Counted from the stretch's first letter, positions 28,935 through 38,797 are shown. The stretch: 64,000 nt of DNA from a bacterium (GCA_021790235.1 JAJYID010000001.1:107228-171227); one strand, 5' to 3'. Notes: generated by a model not told the origin, from the sequence alone. Numbers and translations: made by a program.

Positions 28935-30617
28935 GTGATAGCAGTGAAGAAACTATTCATAATAGTCATTGTCGCACTTGTTGTGGTGATGACACTGGCT
29001 GTCTTTGTCTCGCCGGCAATGGCGGCTTGTGACCTAAATGTCACAAGCTTCGGAATGTCAAGCAATTCAGGACAGGCGGGTGCGGCCTTCGATGTGTACG
29101 GAACATACACGGGAACGGCTGCCCCAACCGGCGACATCCTGTATGTGTTGCCGTCTGATCAGACGGATGTAATTGGGACGTTCAGTGCGACTGGAGGAAA
29201 TATCTCTGGCACAGCGACGATTCCATTAGATGCGACTGAGGGGGGACACCTAATTGACTATGTTCTACCCTTTAGTGATGCAACGTGTGGTGTGTATGGA
29301 CCAATACCTATTAGTACTTACACAGTTGTTGGCGGACCAGTGGCCAGAGATTATTACTGGACGTGGTATGACCAGCAGTCGCGGAATATGACTGACTGGG
29401 TTCTTATGGGCAATCCATCTACCACTAGTACCCTTAGTTTTAGTCTTAATATCGCTGGTAACGCTCAGATTGTTGGTGACCTTGGATATGGAGAAGGTAA
29501 GGTAGGACCACAAGAGACCTTAACTTCGACATATCCGGGAGTTATGGGCGGTCCGGTGAAAGTATCTTCATTAACTGGTGAGAAAGGTTTCGTAAGCCAA
29601 CGAGTACTGTTTGGTAACTCCTTTGAGGAGATACCAGGTATCGAAGAATCCCAGCTTTCTGGGCATTACTATTGGGCCTGGTACGACCAGCAATCTCCCG
29701 GCATGCTTAATTGGGTCCTAGTAGCCAACCCCAGTACCTCAGACGATGTCTACTATCAGATCAAGATTGCCGGCGACGTCAAGGATACCGGCAAGCTTGT
29801 CCCTGGGGATAAAGTTACACCAACCTTCCCGGGCGTCCTAGGCGGACCTGTCGAGGTTACTAGCTGTTCGGCAGCTTTTGACCAGTACGGGAATTGTTCG
29901 GGGACTAATCCCAAAGTCATCGCTTCCCAGCGGGTGCTGTCTAACTATGGTACTGCCTTCAATGAAGTACCTGGCATTCCGGCGAATGAACTTTCCGGAG
30001 ATTATCTCTGGACATGGTATGACAACCAAAGCCCAGGCGCTACTGATTGGGTCCTAGTAGCCAACCCCAGTACCTCAGACGATGTCTACTATCAGATCAA
30101 GATTGCCGGCGACGTCAAGGATACCGGCAAGCTTGTCCCTGGGGATAAAGTTACACCAACCTTCCCGGGCGTCCTAGGCGGACCTGTCGAGGTTACTAGC
30201 TGTTCGGCAGCTTTTGACCAGTACGGGAATTGTTCGGGGACTAATCCCAAAGTCATCGCTTCCCAGCGTAGTATCTGGGGTCCATCCTTTGAGGAGGTGC
30301 CGGGTATGTCGATCGGAAGCCTGTCTTGGGATTATGGTTGGACTTGGTATGACCAAAAGAGTCCTGGTTCTACTAACTGGATTTTGGTGGCCAATCCTGG
30401 TGATACACCTGTAGATTACCAGATTATAATTGGTGGTCAAGTCATGCCGACCAGTCTGGTGAATCCTGGGACGATCTCTGCTCATGGCAGGGTGACCCCC
30501 ACATTTCCAGGCGTGATGGGTGGCCCAGTTGAGATCGTAGCTGATGGTAAGGTGATTGCATCTCAACGAGTGCTCTGGAATGGATACTTTAATGAGGTAT
30601 TAGGGAGACAGTATTAA
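28935..30617 (+). CDS. Secreted protein with four ~105-112-aa modules of an unassigned repeat (W-x-W-Y-D...NPS...PGVxGGPV...ASQR)
   Basis: The signal peptide ends AMA. There is an N-terminal Ig-like region, then four modules starting YYWTWYDQQS, YYWAWYDQQS, YLWTWYDNQS and YGWTWYDQKS. Confidence 0.7.
   Translation: MIAVKKLFIIVIVALVVVMTLAVFVSPAMAACDLNVTSFGMSSNSGQAGAAFDVYGTYTGTAAPTGDILYVLPSDQTDVIGTFSATGGNISGTATIPLDATEGGHLIDYVLPFSDATCGVYGPIPISTYTVVGGPVARDYYWTWYDQQSRNMTDWVLMGNPSTTSTLSFSLNIAGNAQIVGDLGYGEGKVGPQETLTSTYPGVMGGPVKVSSLTGEKGFVSQRVLFGNSFEEIPGIEESQLSGHYYWAWYDQQSPGMLNWVLVANPSTSDDVYYQIKIAGDVKDTGKLVPGDKVTPTFPGVLGGPVEVTSCSAAFDQYGNCSGTNPKVIASQRVLSNYGTAFNEVPGIPANELSGDYLWTWYDNQSPGATDWVLVANPSTSDDVYYQIKIAGDVKDTGKLVPGDKVTPTFPGVLGGPVEVTSCSAAFDQYGNCSGTNPKVIASQRSIWGPSFEEVPGMSIGSLSWDYGWTWYDQKSPGSTNWILVANPGDTPVDYQIIIGGQVMPTSLVNPGTISAHGRVTPTFPGVMGGPVEIVADGKVIASQRVLWNGYFNEVLGRQY
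29710..30268 (+). repeat. Perfect 223-bp direct repeat (29710-29932 = 30046-30268, 336-bp period) inside the secreted-protein gene
   Basis: Base-by-base comparison of the two segments shows no mismatch. Confidence 0.9.
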
Positions 30618-30643
30618 ACTGACCTTAATACCTCTTCTCCTCC

Positions 30644-30685
30644 AACGGCCGCTTACCCGAAGGTAAGCGGCCGTTCGCTTTTTAT
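30644..30685 (+). terminator. Strong intrinsic terminator
   Basis: 14-bp stem aacggccgcttacc/ggtaagcggccgtt with loop cgaa, followed by cgcttttt. Confidence 0.85.
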
Positions 30686-30756
30686 CGAAAAAAAGCTTGA
30701 CACGATTTATTTAGAGAATGTTATACTTATGTTGATATAAATTTTTCGGAGGGTTT

Positions 30757-33144
30757 GTGTCCGAAACATATAACCAAGAAGATAGTAAAAAAGTACATAA
30801 AGCAAACAAGAAAAAACTTGTCACCATAGTTTTAGGTGTGGTTGTTTTGGCAGTTTTAACTTTTGGAGGAATGTATCTTGCCGGCACTTTTCGGGATCCT
30901 AACGTTTTGGCGACGGTAGGCGGCCAAAAGATTACAAAAGCCGACCTTAATGCGAGAATTTATGCAACCGATTTCGGCGGCACACCTCAAAATCCAACTG
31001 CTAAAATTGATCAAAAAAAGAAGAAGGATCTTTTAAATGAGCTTATCAATGACAAAATCGTTGCAATCGAAGCACCCAAGCTGGGAATAAGTGTTTCTGA
31101 TGCAGAAGTAAACAGCGAGGTTGTAAAAAGGGCGTCAAGTTATAGTAAACAAACCCAAGCTGAGCAAGCAATATCTAGAGAGATGGTCCGCGAGGCATTG
31201 TTTGATGAAAAATTAAAGGAAAAAGTACTTGGTGATAAAGAGGGATCCTATATACTTGTAAATTATAGTAAAAACTTTGAATCGAATATGTCGATCACTC
31301 CAGAACAAAAAGCAAAAGAAGATATCGGACGAGCTCAAAGGATACAAGATGATACTTCTTATGCCAAAAATCTCATAGATTCTATTTACGCAGATGTGAA
31401 ATCCGGCAAGATGACCTTTGAGCAAGGTATGAATAAAGCTAAAAATGATCCTCGTTTTGGAGTAGAAGGATATCAACCGAATACAGTTCTACAGAGTGAT
31501 AATTTTGATAAAAATGATTATTATCAGGGAACAAAAATTTTTTCCTTAGGTCAAAACGATGAGGTTAAATCTTATCTTGACAACATGAAACCTGGAGAAG
31601 TGAGTCAACCGATAGCTGTAAAAGTTGAAGTTATACAAGCTGGTGATACTGGAAAATCAGAAGCAAAAGATGGTATATGGCTTATAGTAAAGCTAAAAAA
31701 GAATGAAAATCAACTCGCTGATTCGTATGATGAGTGGTTGCAGGCTAAAAGAAAAGAATTAGATACTACCATTTTGGATAAAACGTTTGCCTCACTCAAA
31801 ACAGTATTAAGAGGGAAAACGGCAGATGCTCATTCTGGGGTAGGTATTACTCATGGATGTGCTAATACTGACCATTGGGGGATTAACACGGGTTCTTCCG
31901 GTAGTGATGCTGGATTAGTTGTTCATACAGTGTATTATGATGCAAGCGGGGGTGGTCCCTATGATTTTAATAAATCTGTGAATGTTTTCGGCAACAATGG
32001 TGGTGTAGTACATTACAACAGCTCTACATATACCAATGATCAAAATTTATCTGGTAAAGCATTTAATACCGGAGACCCATGGTTTTATACTGGCGGATCA
32101 TGCTCTAATACCGGTTATCTAGTTTTAGGTTGGGGGACTACTAGTGGGACAGGAGAAAATGGTCACTTTGGGAATACATGGGCACTAAATTGCCAATATA
32201 ATAATTTTGTAGTTAACTTTCAGTCCACTGACCAAGGACCGGGAAATTACGGTGGTTATTGGGATTCTACAAGTCAGGGTTTTGCTGCCACTAATGGATC
32301 GACAACAAGGCTGACATTTACTTGGCATGAAAATCCTGCTCCATATCATTCGCCAATTGGTTACCTTGACTCGGCAAGTTGTGACGCTAGTGGTAACCTA
32401 ACTGTTAAGGGCTGGACATGTGATCCAGACGATTATAGTGACCCAAATAGAGTTAGGCTGCATTATGATATTGGCTCTGGCCCTTACCCTGCGGATGATA
32501 ACAATTTGCCAAACACCATTACTTTTTCTCCGAGTGATGATACAACCTACCCTAACCTTATAATGCCAAATGTTTATCGACCAGATGTAGCAGCTTCGTG
32601 CGGTGGAAATGCGAATCATGGTTTTAATAAAACTATCCCTGCGCCAAGTGCTATAAGAGACGGTAATCCTCATTATATAACCGCCTTTGGTCTCGATTGG
32701 TTTCCTTGGTCGATAAACGGAACCGGTTTCATACAGCACACACCTTTACCACTATCAGTAATACAAAACTCAGTTTCATATCAGTATCAGGTAACATGTC
32801 CTTCTCTTGCAAGTACAATTTCTAACTCTTGTCCAACTCTTAAAGTTAATGGTGGGGATAGTGCCACGGTCCAGCAGGGTACACCGGTGACCCTAAGCTG
32901 GGGGGGTGGAAACAATGTTTCTAAGATTAATATTGAACAGCATCCTAATACAGGTACTCTTGCCAATATAAATGGTGTCACAGTTTCAGGCGGCAGTCTT
33001 CAGGTTATACCATCAGTGACCACTACTTATGATCTAGCTGTGACTTATAGCGATAATACTTCGGCTATTTGTCCGGGTAGTGGAATACCAGTAACAGTCA
33101 ATTCAAACCAGACAGGTTCTGAGTCGCCGGCGCCGCCTCATTAG
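30757..33144 (+). CDS. Membrane-anchored SurA/PpiD-like chaperone domain fused to a ~450-aa G/N/T/Y-rich extracellular domain
   Basis: GTG start after the SD ggaggg, then an N-terminal transmembrane segment. SurA_N-like LINDKIVAIEAPKLGISVSDAEVNSEV. The C-terminal region contains GWTCDPDD...RPDVAASCGG..HGF and an Ig-like end. Confidence 0.6.
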   Translation: MSETYNQEDSKKVHKANKKKLVTIVLGVVVLAVLTFGGMYLAGTFRDPNVLATVGGQKITKADLNARIYATDFGGTPQNPTAKIDQKKKKDLLNELINDKIVAIEAPKLGISVSDAEVNSEVVKRASSYSKQTQAEQAISREMVREALFDEKLKEKVLGDKEGSYILVNYSKNFESNMSITPEQKAKEDIGRAQRIQDDTSYAKNLIDSIYADVKSGKMTFEQGMNKAKNDPRFGVEGYQPNTVLQSDNFDKNDYYQGTKIFSLGQNDEVKSYLDNMKPGEVSQPIAVKVEVIQAGDTGKSEAKDGIWLIVKLKKNENQLADSYDEWLQAKRKELDTTILDKTFASLKTVLRGKTADAHSGVGITHGCANTDHWGINTGSSGSDAGLVVHTVYYDASGGGPYDFNKSVNVFGNNGGVVHYNSSTYTNDQNLSGKAFNTGDPWFYTGGSCSNTGYLVLGWGTTSGTGENGHFGNTWALNCQYNNFVVNFQSTDQGPGNYGGYWDSTSQGFAATNGSTTRLTFTWHENPAPYHSPIGYLDSASCDASGNLTVKGWTCDPDDYSDPNRVRLHYDIGSGPYPADDNNLPNTITFSPSDDTTYPNLIMPNVYRPDVAASCGGNANHGFNKTIPAPSAIRDGNPHYITAFGLDWFPWSINGTGFIQHTPLPLSVIQNSVSYQYQVTCPSLASTISNSCPTLKVNGGDSATVQQGTPVTLSWGGGNNVSKINIEQHPNTGTLANINGVTVSGGSLQVIPSVTTTYDLAVTYSDNTSAICPGSGIPVTVNSNQTGSESPAPPH

Positions 33145-33161
33145 AATAACTTCGAAATTCA

Positions 33162-33186
33162 ACAGCCCTTTGTAGGGCTGTTTTTA
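33162..33186 (+). terminator. Intrinsic terminator
   Basis: acagccct-ttgt-agggctgt followed by ttttt. Confidence 0.75.
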
Positions 33187-33214
33187 TTTGAAAGAATTTA
33201 CAAGACAAAAAATG

Positions 33215-33244
33215 TTGACACTTATAGTACTTATCCTGTTTAAT
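33215..33244 (+). promoter_or_regulatory. Candidate promoter of the pilus operon (TTGACA-18-TTTAAT)
   Basis: ttgaca at 33215-33220 and a weak -10 (tttaat) at 33239-33244. Confidence 0.4.
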
Positions 33245-33273
33245 GGGTTTAAGAATTATTACTTGGAGGGTTA

Positions 33274-34314
33274 ATGACATTTAGCCTAGACATTTTAAAA
33301 GAAAATACTGAATACTTTGGTTTGGATATTGGGACAACCGCTGTGAAAGCTGTACAGCTAAAGAAATCTTTTGGCAAAGAAGAACTAATCTCTTTTGGAA
33401 GTGCGCCTATTCCGGCAGGTATGAGCCAAAGCGACAGTGATCTAGATAAAAAGAAAATTGCAGAAATTATTAAAAAACTTGTTCATTCTATGCATTTAGT
33501 AACAAAAAATGTGATAGTGTCATTGCCGGGCAGCACCGTTTTTACAACAGTAATCAATATTCCTAAAATGCCAATTGGAGAACTGAAAAAAGCGATTATG
33601 TATCAAGCAGAACAGAATATTCCGCTTAAAATGGATGAGATAAAGATAGATTGGCAAATTATAGGTGATGTACCATCTAAAAATGAGCTGATGGTTATGA
33701 TTATAGCCGCCCCGAAAGCAAAGACACAGAAATTAGTAGATATTACAGAAGCAGCCGGCCTCGAGCTTTGCGCCGTAGAAACTAATTCTATCGCAGCAGC
33801 CAGATCGCTTCAAACAAATGAAAAAAATTATATGATCGTGGATGTCGGCACCTATATCACTGAAATCACAGTTGTGCAAAATGGAGTAGTAACTTTGACT
33901 CGCACAGTGCCGGTAGGCGGACAAGTCATTACAAGAGCGATAGCTCAAGGTTTGAGTATGGAAGAGGAACAGGCAGAGCAGTTTAAAATGAAGTTTGGTG
34001 TTTTGAAAGACAAAATGGAAGGGCAGATTTACAAAACTTCTAAGTCAATCTTAAATACTTTGCAAGAAGAGATTGGAAGGTCGATAAAATATTTTAACAA
34101 TCAGACTCATGAGAATATTCAGCTACTCAAATTGACTGGAGGCGGTTCTAGGACTTTGGGTATTCAGGACTTTCTAGCCGGAGCATTAGGTTTAAATGTT
34201 GTGTACGGAAATCCTTGGGCTCTCGTGGTTCATAAACCTGATGTCAATAATCAATTAGCCGGTAATGCTTTGGATTTTGCTGTAGCTACCGGACTTGCAA
34301 TGAGGGGGTTATAA
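33274..34314 (+). CDS. pilM: Type IV pilus assembly protein PilM (actin-like ATPase fold)
   Basis: GLDIGTTAVKAVQL N-terminus, later LTGGGS, consistent operon context, and SD ggaggg. Confidence 0.85.
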   Translation: MTFSLDILKENTEYFGLDIGTTAVKAVQLKKSFGKEELISFGSAPIPAGMSQSDSDLDKKKIAEIIKKLVHSMHLVTKNVIVSLPGSTVFTTVINIPKMPIGELKKAIMYQAEQNIPLKMDEIKIDWQIIGDVPSKNELMVMIIAAPKAKTQKLVDITEAAGLELCAVETNSIAAARSLQTNEKNYMIVDVGTYITEITVVQNGVVTLTRTVPVGGQVITRAIAQGLSMEEEQAEQFKMKFGVLKDKMEGQIYKTSKSILNTLQEEIGRSIKYFNNQTHENIQLLKLTGGGSRTLGIQDFLAGALGLNVVYGNPWALVVHKPDVNNQLAGNALDFAVATGLAMRGL

Positions 34315-34316
34315 AA

Positions 34317-34892
34317 ATGTCAAAGATTAACTTAGCACCGGATGTACGGCTCGAAAAACTGAAAACGAAAAGAATGAATTTTTATGTTACTATTGGCGCA
34401 ATTGTTGCAGTAGGTATTTTAGTTTTATTTATTTTGATTATTCAAGGTTATAGGTGGTCGCAAAGCTATAGTCTGAGTCAGACAAAGGAAAAAATAGCTA
34501 ATACCAAAGATGAACTCAAAAATTATAAGGATATTGAAGATATGGTGATAAATATTGAACAAGGTACAGCAGCGATAAATTCAATAGAAAAAAACCAGCC
34601 TAGGTGGTCTCGATTTATGCCTGTTTTAGAACAGGTTACCCCGAATGATGTGCGTTTTAGTGAACTTACTCAGAGCGGGAATAAATTCACGGCAAAGGCA
34701 GAGGGTAAATATGTGTATTCAATTGCCAGGCTGATCAACTCTTTGAATAGTTATCAATATAAAAATGATCAAAATGCTCAGACTGGCGTAAAACTTTTTA
34801 AAAATGTCAACGTTGATGGCTATTCCATAAATGATAAGAACCTGGTAGATTTTGACGTAACATTCGAAATAACAAATGGAGTTTTGTGGTGA
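34317..34892 (+). CDS. pilN: PilN-like pilus assembly protein
   Basis: INLAPD start, a single transmembrane segment and a coiled-coil, positioned after pilM. Confidence 0.7.
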   Translation: MSKINLAPDVRLEKLKTKRMNFYVTIGAIVAVGILVLFILIIQGYRWSQSYSLSQTKEKIANTKDELKNYKDIEDMVINIEQGTAAINSIEKNQPRWSRFMPVLEQVTPNDVRFSELTQSGNKFTAKAEGKYVYSIARLINSLNSYQYKNDQNAQTGVKLFKNVNVDGYSINDKNLVDFDVTFEITNGVLW

Positions 34893-35518
34893 ATAAAAAG
34901 TTCGAAAAATATTATTGGATAGCCGGTACTGTAGGCGTGACTTTGGTGGTATTTATTTTGGTTATTGTTTTCATCATTGTTCCTTCTTTTGAAAATATCA
35001 GTCAGGTTAGCAGTGATCTCAAGAATCAGAAAGCGAATTTAAATGTTTTAGAAAAAAAGCTTGCAACTCTTAAAGATCTTAAAGTCAAAGAAGATGAACT
35101 AAAGAAGCAATCTGGTATTGTATACAGAGCTATACCTACTAAACAAGAGGTTGGTGATAGTTTTATTCAACTTGATGGCTTGATTCATGAAGCAGGCGGC
35201 AGCAATCAAAAAGTTGCAGGTTCTAATGGCACTAATAATGCTTCAACATCATCCTCCACCTCATCGAGTTCTGAACAGATATCCTTGCCTCCCGGGGTTA
35301 AGACTCTCGTATATACTACAGATATTACTTTCCCCGCTTATCAAAATTTTAAAGATCTTCTTGTCAATTCGGAAGATGCGCTTAGATTTGTGCATCTTAG
35401 TGATTTTAAAATTACTGACGATCAGGGCTTTAAGGTTAGTTTATCTTATACTGCATATTATAGAGAGGAGAGTGATAATACTAATCAAGCAGGACAAGGG
35501 GAGGGTTTGCTTAAATGA
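34886..35518 (+). CDS. pilO: PilO-like pilus assembly protein
   Basis: A single transmembrane segment, a coiled-coil and a Ser-rich linker, positioned after pilN. Confidence 0.6.
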   Translation: MVNKKFEKYYWIAGTVGVTLVVFILVIVFIIVPSFENISQVSSDLKNQKANLNVLEKKLATLKDLKVKEDELKKQSGIVYRAIPTKQEVGDSFIQLDGLIHEAGGSNQKVAGSNGTNNASTSSSTSSSSEQISLPPGVKTLVYTTDITFPAYQNFKDLLVNSEDALRFVHLSDFKITDDQGFKVSLSYTAYYREESDNTNQAGQGEGLLK

Positions 35519-35754
35519 AAAAAACAGACATTGTCATTTTAGCAGTTTGCAGTCTTGTGATAGCCGGTGCAGTGTTTTTTATTGTAAAAAACTATTTGCC
35601 GAAATCTGCTACTAAATCTGTCCAAACAAAAGAAACTATGAACTTTAATGGTAATATAGACCAAAACACGATCAACCAAATAGAACAAAGGAAAAACTAT
35701 GGTGCTCCTCCTATGGATAACATAGGCAGAGACAATCCTTTTGGAGGACTTTAA
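35515..35754 (+). CDS. Small single-TM protein ending GRDNPFGGL (PilP-like RDPF-type motif, no beta domain)
   Basis: Translationally coupled to pilO (ATGA overlap). It has an N-terminal transmembrane segment and a C-terminal R-D-N-P-F motif. Confidence 0.45.
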   Translation: MKKTDIVILAVCSLVIAGAVFFIVKNYLPKSATKSVQTKETMNFNGNIDQNTINQIEQRKNYGAPPMDNIGRDNPFGGL

Positions 35755-35866
35755 AAAAAGGTTTGGGATTTGGAATATTGAATAGCTAAATAAGGCAATG
35801 GCAATAAGAATTGTAATCATTTGTCTAAATATCAATCTTAAGGTCCGATAGTATTACTCTAAAATT

Positions 35867-37642
35867 ATGGCAGTTGGTAACGATAATAAATTAGAAGATC
35901 TACTAGTCAAGCTGGGTTTGATTACACAAAAACAGCTTGATCTTGTTAAGGTTGAAAGCGCAGAATCAGGAAAACCGATTACAGAGATTCTAGGTAACAT
36001 GCCTGATATCTCAAAAGAAGCTTTGACAAAGGCGATAGCTGTGACTTTGGAGCTTCCTTATGTTGACCTTTCTGCAAAAAAAATTGATAAAAATATTCTT
36101 GATATCATCAATGGAGATCTAGCCGGAAAGTACAAACTTATTCCCTTTGGTAAGGTTGGCGATTTTCTAAATGTAGCTATGGTTGATCCTAACAATATCA
36201 TGGCCATCGAATATATTGAGAAAAAAACAGGTCTTAAGCTGAAGCCCTACCTTGCATCTCAAGAAAGCATTGAAAAAGCTTTAAAACAATATGACGATGA
36301 TTACTCAGTAGAAGTTCAGAATGTGATTGGAACCCTTGAAAAACCGCCAGAAATTAATCTTAAGGAAGATAAGGGAAAGCAAGGAGAAGCTGCCGTTATT
36401 ACCCAAGATGCTCCGATTACCAGAGCTTTAAACACTATCCTAGAATATGCAGCCAAATCCAGGGCTTCCGATGTTCATATTGAGCCAAGAGAGAAATTGA
36501 TAAAAGTTAGATATCGTATAGATGGTATTTTGTATAATACCATGACTCTGCCGAAACATATCCATCCTGCTCTCGTGTCCAGGATTAAGATACTCTCAAA
36601 CCTTAAAATCGATGAACATCGTATTCCTCAGGATGGGCGTTTTCAGCTAAATCAGGATGGACGAGAAATAGATCTTCGTATTTCTATTACCCCGATAGTT
36701 TATGGTGAAAAAGTGGTAATACGTCTTTTAGATAAATCTACAGGTATTATTACGCTTGATAATCTCGGGATAAAGGGACGAGCTTTTAGAATTATAGAGG
36801 AAGGGACTAAAAAACCTCATGGTATGATTTTGGCAACCGGTCCGACCGGGTCCGGTAAGTCCACCTCGCTGTATGCGATTTTGTCAGAGATTAATAAACC
36901 TAGTGTCAATATTATCACAGTTGAAGATCCAGTAGAATATAACATCGACGGTATTAACCAGATCCAGGTAAATAATGCCGTCGGACTGACTTTTTCTTCA
37001 GGTTTACGTTCAATCTTGCGTCAAGACCCCGATGTAATTATGGTTGGAGAGATACGCGACAAGGAAACAGCTGAACTAGCCGTTCAGTCGGCTCTGACGG
37101 GGCATACCGTCCTTTCTACCCTTCATACGAACTCTGCCGCCGGTGCTTTACCTCGTCTCTTAGAGATGGAAATCGAACCATTTTTAATCGCTTCCACCGT
37201 CAATACTGTTATAGCGCAGCGTCTGGTTCGTAAAATATGTGATCATTGCAAAGAAGAATATCAGGCGAGTCCAGCTTTAACTCAGGCAATTAAAAAGTCA
37301 CTAAAAGATGTCTTGCCGTCGAAGAAAGATCCCTCTTCAAAAACTAGAGAACTTGGTTTCGATAAATTACCGAATACTGAAAATGAGGTATTTACACTTT
37401 ATAAAGGTAAAGGTTGTGATCAGTGTAAAAATACAGGTTACTGGGGTAGGACAGGAGTTTATGAGATTTTTAGCATTAATGAAAAGATGGAGAATCTTAT
37501 CACGACAGAAGCTACTTCGAGCGATATTCAAGATCAGGCGATAAAAGATGGAATGATCACTATGCGTCAAGACGGTTTTTTAAAAGCTCTGGCAGGTATT
37601 ACCACATTGGAGGAGGTGGTAAGAACTACGACTGAAGACTAG
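35867..37642 (+). CDS. pilB: Type IV pilus assembly ATPase PilB (GspE family)
   Basis: T2SSE N-domain, Walker A GPTGSGKST, and a tetracysteine motif CDHC...CDQC. Confidence 0.92.
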   Translation: MAVGNDNKLEDLLVKLGLITQKQLDLVKVESAESGKPITEILGNMPDISKEALTKAIAVTLELPYVDLSAKKIDKNILDIINGDLAGKYKLIPFGKVGDFLNVAMVDPNNIMAIEYIEKKTGLKLKPYLASQESIEKALKQYDDDYSVEVQNVIGTLEKPPEINLKEDKGKQGEAAVITQDAPITRALNTILEYAAKSRASDVHIEPREKLIKVRYRIDGILYNTMTLPKHIHPALVSRIKILSNLKIDEHRIPQDGRFQLNQDGREIDLRISITPIVYGEKVVIRLLDKSTGIITLDNLGIKGRAFRIIEEGTKKPHGMILATGPTGSGKSTSLYAILSEINKPSVNIITVEDPVEYNIDGINQIQVNNAVGLTFSSGLRSILRQDPDVIMVGEIRDKETAELAVQSALTGHTVLSTLHTNSAAGALPRLLEMEIEPFLIASTVNTVIAQRLVRKICDHCKEEYQASPALTQAIKKSLKDVLPSKKDPSSKTRELGFDKLPNTENEVFTLYKGKGCDQCKNTGYWGRTGVYEIFSINEKMENLITTEATSSDIQDQAIKDGMITMRQDGFLKALAGITTLEEVVRTTTED

Positions 37643-37723
37643 AAATATTACTTTTTAATTATAAGTCTTTAAATTTTAAACTGATAGTATTAGAATAAGA
37701 ATTATAGAAGGAGGGCTGGGAAG

Positions 37724-38797
37724 ATGCCGGAAACAACTAAACTAAAAATTGAAAATTTTCTAGAAGAGGTTATAAAACGTGATGCCAGTGATCTTCATTT
37801 AACGGTTGGTGTACCTCCTATGCTCCGAGTAGATGGTTCGCTGCAACCTATTGAAGATGCCAAAGGGCTTACTGACAAAGATGTTAAAGAATTGACTTAT
37901 TCCATTTTAGATGATGTTCAAAAAGATATTTTAGAAAGGGATAAAGAAGTAGACTTTTCGTTCACATATGGGGATCTCGCCAGATTTAGGGCAAATGCTT
38001 ATCACCAAAAAGGTAACGTCGGTTTAGCACTTCGTCTCATTCCGGTTAATATCAGAAGTCTATCACAGCTAGGTATGCCTCAGATAGTTGAAAAATTTAC
38101 AGATTTTTCTCGCGGCTTGGTACTTGTAACCGGTCCGACCGGGTCCGGTAAATCCACTACCTTAGCAGCCATGATTGATAAAATCAACTCAGAACGCGCA
38201 TGCCATATCATTACAGTTGAGGATCCGATCGAATATACTCATTCGCATAAAAAATCTCTAGTTGAACAGCGAGAAGTGCATTATGATACTCGTTCATTTG
38301 CGGCTGCACTCCGCAGTGTTCTCCGTGAAGATCCGGATGTTGTTTTAATCGGTGAAATGAGAGATTTGGAGACTATTGCCGCGGCTATTACTATTGCCGA
38401 AACAGGTCATCTGGTCTTGGCTACTTTGCATACAAACAGCGCTGCCCAGTCAGTTGACAGGATTATTGACGTCTTTCCACCCCATCAGCAACAACAGATC
38501 AGAGTGCAGCTTTCTAATATTTTACAAAGTATAGTTTCTCAAAGATTAATTCCTGCTATCGGAGGTGGAAGATTGGCGGCTGCGGAGATTTTGGTAGTGA
38601 ATGCTGCGGTTAGAAATATCATTAGAGAACAGAAGACACATCAGATAGAAGCAGTGATTCAGACCGGTTCTTCAGAAGGTATGCAATCTATGGATAGAAC
38701 TCTGGCAAACTTGATTAAAACTGGACGTATTACTCTGGAAGAGGCAAAGGGCTATGCAATCGATATCAAAGAGCTTGAACGTCTCTTACATGGATAA
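37724..38797 (+). CDS. pilT: Type IV pilus retraction ATPase PilT
   Basis: ASDLHLTVG, GPTGSGKSTT, and HLVLATLHTNSA. Confidence 0.92.
   Translation: MPETTKLKIENFLEEVIKRDASDLHLTVGVPPMLRVDGSLQPIEDAKGLTDKDVKELTYSILDDVQKDILERDKEVDFSFTYGDLARFRANAYHQKGNVGLALRLIPVNIRSLSQLGMPQIVEKFTDFSRGLVLVTGPTGSGKSTTLAAMIDKINSERACHIITVEDPIEYTHSHKKSLVEQREVHYDTRSFAAALRSVLREDPDVVLIGEMRDLETIAAAITIAETGHLVLATLHTNSAAQSVDRIIDVFPPHQQQQIRVQLSNILQSIVSQRLIPAIGGGRLAAAEILVVNAAVRNIIREQKTHQIEAVIQTGSSEGMQSMDRTLANLIKTGRITLEEAKGYAIDIKELERLLHG

Noticed and set aside
29710-30268. Diversity-generating retroelement (template/variable repeat pair) as the explanation for the 223-bp repeat.
   Set aside because: The two copies are identical, with no adenine-specific differences. 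Both lie in-frame in the same gene as tandem modules, and no reverse transcriptase gene is present in the window.
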